From positions 75,863 to 134,984 of the forward strand of contig NMRA01000318.1 in NCBI GenBank assembly GCA_002633005.1: DNA of 59,122 nt. Direction: 5' to 3'. The notes under the pieces were generated by a model. That model was not told where the DNA came from. It searched no databases and saw only the letters and a list, made by a program, of their open reading frames with translations. The stretch comes from Phoronis australis (taxonomy: Eukaryota; Animalia; Phoronida). The translations under genes and the position numbers were made by a program. Shown piece after piece: positions 52,242-59,122 of this stretch; the stretch's first letter is position 1, and each line of letters begins with the position of its first letter.

Positions 52242-53319
52242 GTTAAAAGCTGTAACACAAAATATACACTAAACTCAAAGCACCTTATTTTTAAGGGGAG
52301 TACCCTTAGGACCCGTTCACAAGATTTCAGATGCATAGCAAACATTGCCCATACATACGGTAACTTTTCAATGCCCAAATCTTAGTCACACGGTTAATAT
52401 GTGACAATTAATTTTTGTCAATTTTCCCAACAAAAACAGACATTAAGAAAAGCTCAGTTCATTCTTTGCATACTCTGCACTGTAGAGATGCCATGCAGCA
52501 GCGCTTTGAGGAATTTTGAGTACTTGTAGCAAAGTAGTCAATCTCAGCTTGAGAAATGTCAATTTGTGTGTGCAAGCTGAAGGACTACCATGGTACATTT
52601 CAGTGTGGAACTCTTATTTCAACATAAATTACATTTTCGAACATGCAAGTATGATTCAAGTATTAAACGAACTTGAATTACAGCCATGGTAAAGTTATCA
52701 TCGATTGCATTTTACGTAATGGGTAGTAACTAGGTCGGTCTCTTGATATCTCCACACCAGTTCATCACAGCTCCGAGCAGTCCCTCCTTCAGCTACTGGC
52801 CATTTTTACATTGCGCGCTTTCTTTTTTGAATTTTGGTTAACTCAACGAAGAACTGCTTGAAAAAAATTGAGTACGTAAGTATTTGCTCAAGTTGGAAGG
52901 AGTTAAAGACATCGAAGACCTTCTAAGGTGTCCCTCTGAATGCCAAAGGTAGTATACATAAAGCAACGGGATTTCGATTAGTGTAAGGCATGATTCGCCA
53001 AAAAGCTTGGACGGCGTATGAAGCACCTATGGCTATATTCTACATAGGACTAGTATAGAGGCATCTCCGTCTCTATTGCCAGGCAGTACTTGCTAGTCTC
53101 GAGGTAACAGCATTGTCACCGCCTACCAGTACTGGTTCGAAAGCTAGAGCATAAAGGATTTTGAAGTAATAGCCGATATTATCCGACTCGCGAATAGAAC
53201 TAGTGAACTCGATGAAACCAGCGAGCGTTCTAACCATTCAGCAATTACTGTATTAGCCTAGGCCTAGGCAATTACGGGTTTAGCCAGTGGCAGTGGCTAA
53301 CAGTCGCCAGTACCATCAG

Positions 53320-54131
53320 AGGTCTTAAAGTCGTGAGTGCCCTACAGACGTGAACGATCTTATTTCCTTTTCTGCGCGGTCCTGCGACATCTGGCATTGA
53401 AGTTTCCAGCGTTCGTCTGCTTATGAACGTCAAACGAATACCCGGACGTGTTGGTATTCACAATATAATAACAAAAAGTGAGTGAATGGCTTCTTTTTTC
53501 AAATGTATCTTAAAAACACCATATTTTACTAATCCACCCTTTTGTGCATTTTTGGGATATATTTTCGAAAATATTCATAGTTCAGATTTACTCAAACACG
53601 CGCTCCAGGGGTAGCTTGAACAATGTATCAAAATGTCCCAGGGTCCATCAAGTTTTGTAAGGCCAAAGCAATAAAATACAGAGAGATAATTGATGCTGGG
53701 AACTTAGTGTTTTACGTGAACAACCTCATTGAAAACGTCTGTGCACATCAAAGTTGGGTTAAAAACATATAACAATTTATTTTAATTGAAACTAAATTAA
53801 TAAACAATGCAATAGATTTTTATGTTGTCTAGAGTAACTGTAAGCACTGTAGTTGACTTGTGTGGTCTTATTTCGTGTATTTCCATCTAAACGAAACGGT
53901 CACGACTTTAGGGCCTCATTCAAAATGGCCGGCGATATCAGCAACCGTTTCAAAACTCTGCTAATGGAGACAAACAAGGATTAAGATTGTCAAAACATGT
54001 ATATCTGTGAAGGCTGATATATGTCCATGACATCACATGAACAGTTGCTAACGGACATTGGGTAGTATGACAATCAGCTGCTTATAATGCTTATATTATG
54101 CTTATATTCACGACTTTAGGTCACCAGTGTA
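53320..54131. mobile_element. Tc1/mariner-like remnant
   Basis: Right end ...CACGACTTTAGGTCACCAGTG|TA near 54130, an inner repeat CACGACTTTAGG at 53901, and an inverted TAAAGTCGTG at about 53326. Confidence 0.4.
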
Positions 54132-57100
54132 TAATAGGGAGAACAATTTTTTTTTACAATGCACATGTGTTATACATTTTTGAAAAGCCCTTGGTATGAG
54201 AAATAAGATGGTCCAAAAATCGTTAAAATTGGGTGAGTGGTTACCAAGAAATTGGCCGTTGAAACGCGACGATTATGCGTAAAATATCTGCCTTTTTATG
54301 AAATTTTGCAGGTTTGGGATAGGCAATGACCATCGCCTCTGTTGGCCCGAAGCANCCGAATAGTATTCAAAATGTTACATGTGACGTTAAGGTTTGGAAG
54401 CAGACAACTTTCTGTCATTTTCCTAAGCAAACACACCTTTTGAAGACATTTTTGTTGTAGTTGTCAGCAACAGAGCGCCACAAGTTGATCCAGTGTGCAA
54501 AGGCAATAATATTTTAGCAAAGTTGTTCCCGGACAATGACAAAGTGGCAGCCAAGTAACGGGAACGGTGTTAGCACTTCTTCTTCCTACTAACAACAAAC
54601 GATCGTAATATCGATCCTTTCTTGTTAATAATAAACTGAACTGTGCATAACTGTGAAAATAACAACAAAACAAAGGGTGGGTTGGTACCAGGATAAAAAC
54701 ACGATTTATTGTGAAATGACCATCTCCATTCACGGTTTCCGATTAGATGACTGAATTGCGGGCCGGGAGTCTCACCAGAGTAAAATTGTAAATGGGAATA
54801 AAGAGTTTGCGTAGTAGGCAATGAGAATGATGATCTCTCAAAGGTGTGAGAGTGGGAGTTACGTGATCTAGAATTCAATAGGGGTGCCACTCATGCCAGT
54901 GGGAATGACAACCACGACTTATTTGGAAACCTGGCGTGCTTTTGCAAACCGATTTTTTGCGAGGAAAGCAAGAACTCCCAAGATGTCACAAGCGAAACAA
55001 TTAAGTGTGCATGACACTGCAGTTTCGTTGGGTCATCACTAGATTAATTCTGGCAACTCATGACTCGCCGCGCCGGGGGCCCTGAGTTCCAGTTTCACAT
55101 GATGAGCATGCAGGATCGGGCATTACCCGGCAGCGGCTGTGACACCTTCCTGGTTTCAGCCAATGAAGACATTGATGTCTTTGATGAACAGCCCTTACAA
55201 AAATGAGGTTAACTCTTTCGCAGAAAAATTTAGTTTTTCACGAGCACATGGTTATTCAGTAGTAGGGCGCCCTAAACGGTTTCTTAGACTTGGGTTTTTC
55301 AAAAACCTCATGGTTTTCTCATATAGTCAACTTAAACTATTCAAATATTCAAAACTTAAGTATTTTAAATATGCATTCAAAAGTTAAAGAGGCCTGGAAC
55401 GTGAGCATAAATTACACTAGGGCGGTTCCATCTAGTCTACAACTGAAAAAGAATACCGGTTGTCACTGCTCACAGGTTCTTTTATGGTTAAATTTCATAA
55501 CAGCGTTCTGTCAGTAACTTTTCCAGACGTGAGGGGTGCTGAACGTGCGATAACATCTGTCCCTTTTGTTAACTGCCCAGCTAAATCTTTTGTCCCGTAT
55601 CATAAAGAAGCACTGAGGCCAATTATCTCCCAGGCTTCAAAGGAAACATATGGTGATTGCACGCTATTACCGAACGCGTATGCAAACCCAGTACGTTGAG
55701 TAATCTGTTTGGACAGAATAGATTGTCTTAACTTCTGTTGTAGTTGGGCAAAAAACGGAACATGATCAGCATTTGACGAGAGAAACGCTATTGGTTTAAG
55801 CTCAAATATGTTATAACTTAACTTTTATTTTCATTAGCCCAGTCAAGTCACAGTCTACTGAGATACGATCTGATCGGAGATTAGAGCAATTATCGAACAA
55901 AAGAGCGCAGGCCCCCTGCGTAATTGCCAGAATGGAGCTAATCAGTTGTGTAAAATATTGGCTACAGGGGTATACTTCCCAACTTGTTGGCCTATAGAAT
56001 CGAAGAAGTTGGCCGCAACGGGATGACGGTCGCTGTCATATATTCATAAGATCTTGAATTTTTGATGATGTCGAAGCATTTTCTTTTAATTTCAAATTTC
56101 AAAAAAGAGCTGCTGCAGTCACGGTGATCGTCACTTCGTCGATTTCTCTCCGGCGAACTGAAGGCAGCACGTCTGAAGTCTCCGATCTTATTTAGTGTGG
56201 CCAGTCAGACATAATTAGCACATCCATGTGGTTGTGATCTTTTACCGTATGTAAACAATAAAGGACTTCAAGCCACAGCCAGTCCGATTAAGAGGTAATA
56301 TAATTGATGTAAATTTTTTAAACGTTATAAAGGTACATTGACGTGACATTCAAGTATATTCTGAAATGCATTTTGGAGTTAGTGGACTAGTGCTTCGCTG
56401 TCTTGTTTCACGGCTAGTGTGCTGTCGACGCCACTGGATGATCGGAGTTCGATGAGTAACACATAATCTGAGAGCTGTCGAGTGACTCAGGTGAGCGAAT
56501 GTGCACAATTATCAACACTGATAGCAGTGGGCCGAGATACTAAACTCTGTGGTTACTACAATTTTTCCATTGCCCGTGTAACAAAAATCGTGATTTTCTG
56601 GAAAAATACCTCTGCAAGGGAAAGTGAATGACTCTTCAGTATAGACGTTGCGAGATGGCACTTTCGTCAGGAACGTTTAAAAGTTGTTGAAGACCTTTCG
56701 CGTTCCTTGACTCTAAGCTTATTAAGTTGTAAGATTTAAGGTTTTCGGATGTGACCAAAACTTTAGCTGTTTTCAAATTAGCTTCATGTCATTTTCAGAT
56801 TTTTTTAAACGTTCAAACTCATGTTTTGCCCACAGTTCAGAGTAATGTCTTCAACACAATTTCCCACGTTTATATCTAATAAAATTAGAGTCATGTATAG
56901 TACGAACTGACTTCATTGAAAATTTCATAAACCCTACGTGACACAACGAAAAAAGATGAATTTGTTCAAACACCGGCCGCCACCCCTTAAACAACAGTGT
57001 AGACAAACAACATCTAACTGAAATTAGAACGTGATTGTTGTTTACGATCAATTAATTCATATTCATATTTCTTTTTTGGAAAGCTGCGTGTATACCTAAG

Positions 57101-57249
57101 CTGAAAGATATTAATTGAAACGCCAAATTTTGCCAAGCGGTGAGTAAAAAACAAATCTTTAACACTTTTTGCTCGCGGTCTTTCTTTTTTTAAAAAATGA
57201 ACAACTTTAAGCGATCTTCTGAACATTCTACTGTAAACTGTCCGGTGTT

Positions 57250-58440
57250 GCTTTTACATGAGTCAGGCGTCAAACCTTCAATATGCAGTCATAATCTTTC
57301 CCCAGATACTTCACTGATTAGTCAGGCACGGAAAGTTCCAAGTCTTCATCTACCCTAAAAGTGAATCTTCCTTCGAACCAGCACTAAACTCCTGGACTTT
57401 GCCACCTTAAACGTCTGCCAGCACACCAGGCTAGATCACTCAAGGTGCGTCGAGTACCAAATGCAGAGTTGCCGGGTAATTGTGAGAGCATTGATATTGC
57501 ACACAGCGACAACTTGGTACTGAACTCGCTTATTCTGTAATAACTGTCCCCTTCACTCTTTGGAACCTCGCTTTGACATGACATTTTATGGTCACCACAT
57601 ATAAAATTATAGAAAGCGTACAACCGGACATAATCCCCGTCTACAAAGGTTGTCACTCCGTTGTAAAACCACTGAGAATCTCATCATTGATCCTGTGAAG
57701 TATCTGCCGATGAGAGACCGCAGATTATCTGGCAACTGATACATACACGTATACGCCGCCTACTCAATAAGCTAGTGCCGTGGCAACGGCCCATATAAGC
57801 ATTAGCCATGGCGAGCCATATCACCGACAGTTCTTGCTTTGACTTCTTTGCATCCTTGATTAGTTCCGTGATTACACATTTATGTTCTAAATACGCGGCC
57901 AGAGTAGCCGGGAATGCCTCCTTTCTGCGCCGAATGGTTGATACATGTATAACCTGTCCTCCACCTAATATGTCGTCAGCCTGTCTGCCAGCACAGCAGA
58001 AAAGACTTCATCCCGACACCCCAGAACCTCCACGGGTGCGCTTCAAGGATCCTCCTCATCCATTCAGTCAAAGTCTCCCAAAGGTTTCTTGCGCCGAATA
58101 TCACTATGAACCTCCTCCAAACGTCTCTTCGGCTCCTTCTTAGAGCATCTGAGCTGCCCGCTCGCCTCTTTTCCTAAAACCTCATTCGTGAACACGTGTG
58201 GCTTGGACACAAAATTCTTTCTCTTCCAGATCTTCTCGGACTTCTTTTTTCTAAACTGCTGCCTTGCACAACGATAAAGGTGTGAGGGGGAACAGGCCTC
58301 TGCTCTCATGCACGATCCTCTGTTCTCGTCCCTGGCACTCCCTCTTACGGTCTCTTAACTCCGCTTGGATCTCCTTAATTTTCTAGTCTTCTACTTTAGT
58401 GGTCCTTGCGTGGTCGGATACTTCTTCTTAGCCGCCACAC
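57250..58440 (-). pseudogene. Non-LTR retrotransposon reverse-transcriptase fossil, R2/HERO-like (restriction-endonuclease clade)
   Basis: Frameshifted manual translation: FVSKPHVFTNEVLGKEASGQLRCSK..LEEVHSDIRR; FSAVLADRLTTY; SAQKGGIPGYSG; LEHKCVITELIKDAKKSKQELSVIWLAMANAY; GIMSGCTLSIILYV; FKVAKSRSLVL; VKYLGK. Confidence 0.8.
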
Positions 58441-59122
58441 CAAAACGATTTTTGCAAACTGTGTAAACCAGCTCTTTCATGGCAACCAACTTCTGTGTAC
58501 TCCCGTTTAAAAAAAGAATGAAAAATGTGAGCAATTTTGTGTAAATTTCTAGATGTCTTTATTCACCTTATAACATAGGCGGATTTAGGCCCGCCCCCGC
58601 CTTAGCTGCCGCAAAAAAATAAAACAGTAAGAGCGTAGGGAAATGTTGAGTTTATTAATTAACCCTGGTAATTAAAATTATACGGATGAAAAAAGATTTA
58701 AATGTGTGCAGTTTTAGTGTTTTAAGCTCAAATCCAATTTCAAGTGTCAAATTCGGAACACGGCGCATTCGTAACGGAACTATGGTTAAGTATAGGCTCT
58801 CCCGCGATATCCCAGGCGACCCGGCAGTGGCGTTGCGCACTACGACCAAGGAGTGTACGAGTATATAGGAGAGTTCACTCCGCCATTTTACCATTCGCCG
58901 CAATGGTTACCGGTCGAAACACTAGCGCCCCAAGCGGTGAATAATCAATACTTACTTAGGAGCGCAGTCCGAACAATGTAAACACTGATGAATTCATACT
59001 TTAATGACGTTCAACGTGCAATAAAATTACTGTATGATTGCAAATGGTTAGAATACGTAAACTAATATCCACTTATAATCGAATGAGAATGAAAATGTGT
59101 ATTTTAATCAATATTAAAGTGT

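Overview
Animal genomic DNA, probably a bilaterian invertebrate; the species cannot be read from the sequence, and there are no prokaryotic genes, RNA genes or CRISPR arrays that I can support. The backbone is a minus-strand cluster of five KRAB-less tandem C2H2 zinc-finger paralogues: three with long open frames (ZF1 3970-5364, ZF3 40417-41715, ZF4 45678-46958) and two pseudogenes (ZF2 ~17680-19097, ZF5 ~50835-52241). They arose by segmental duplication (about 3241-22560 versus about 44780-56180, plus an extra unit at about 40260-43500). The spacers are packed with decayed transposons, several delimited to the base using paralogous empty sites: PIF/Harbinger (5719-8512), a Helentron-type HINE (9171-10912), AcademX (11098-16201) and a Kolobok derivative (48358-50063). 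Others are delimited by terminal repeats or protein motifs: a CMC/EnSpm remnant, a second Kolobok (27526-28482), a P-like MITE, foldback/hAT/Tc1 MITEs and an R2/HERO-like RT fossil. The most interesting observations are: (1) the HINE carries 11 co-oriented CTCF-like motifs at about 145-bp spacing, next to a similarly periodic YY1-like array in the Academ end; (2) the ZF proteins have an N-terminal module with PxDLS (CtBP-type) and psi-KxE (SUMO-type) motifs instead of KRAB/ZAD/BTB; (3) each ZF exon begins with a conserved acceptor and four of five have an internal donor defining an exactly 81-nt, frame-preserving mini-exon. All family assignments are by eye from motifs and termini; no database searches were run.
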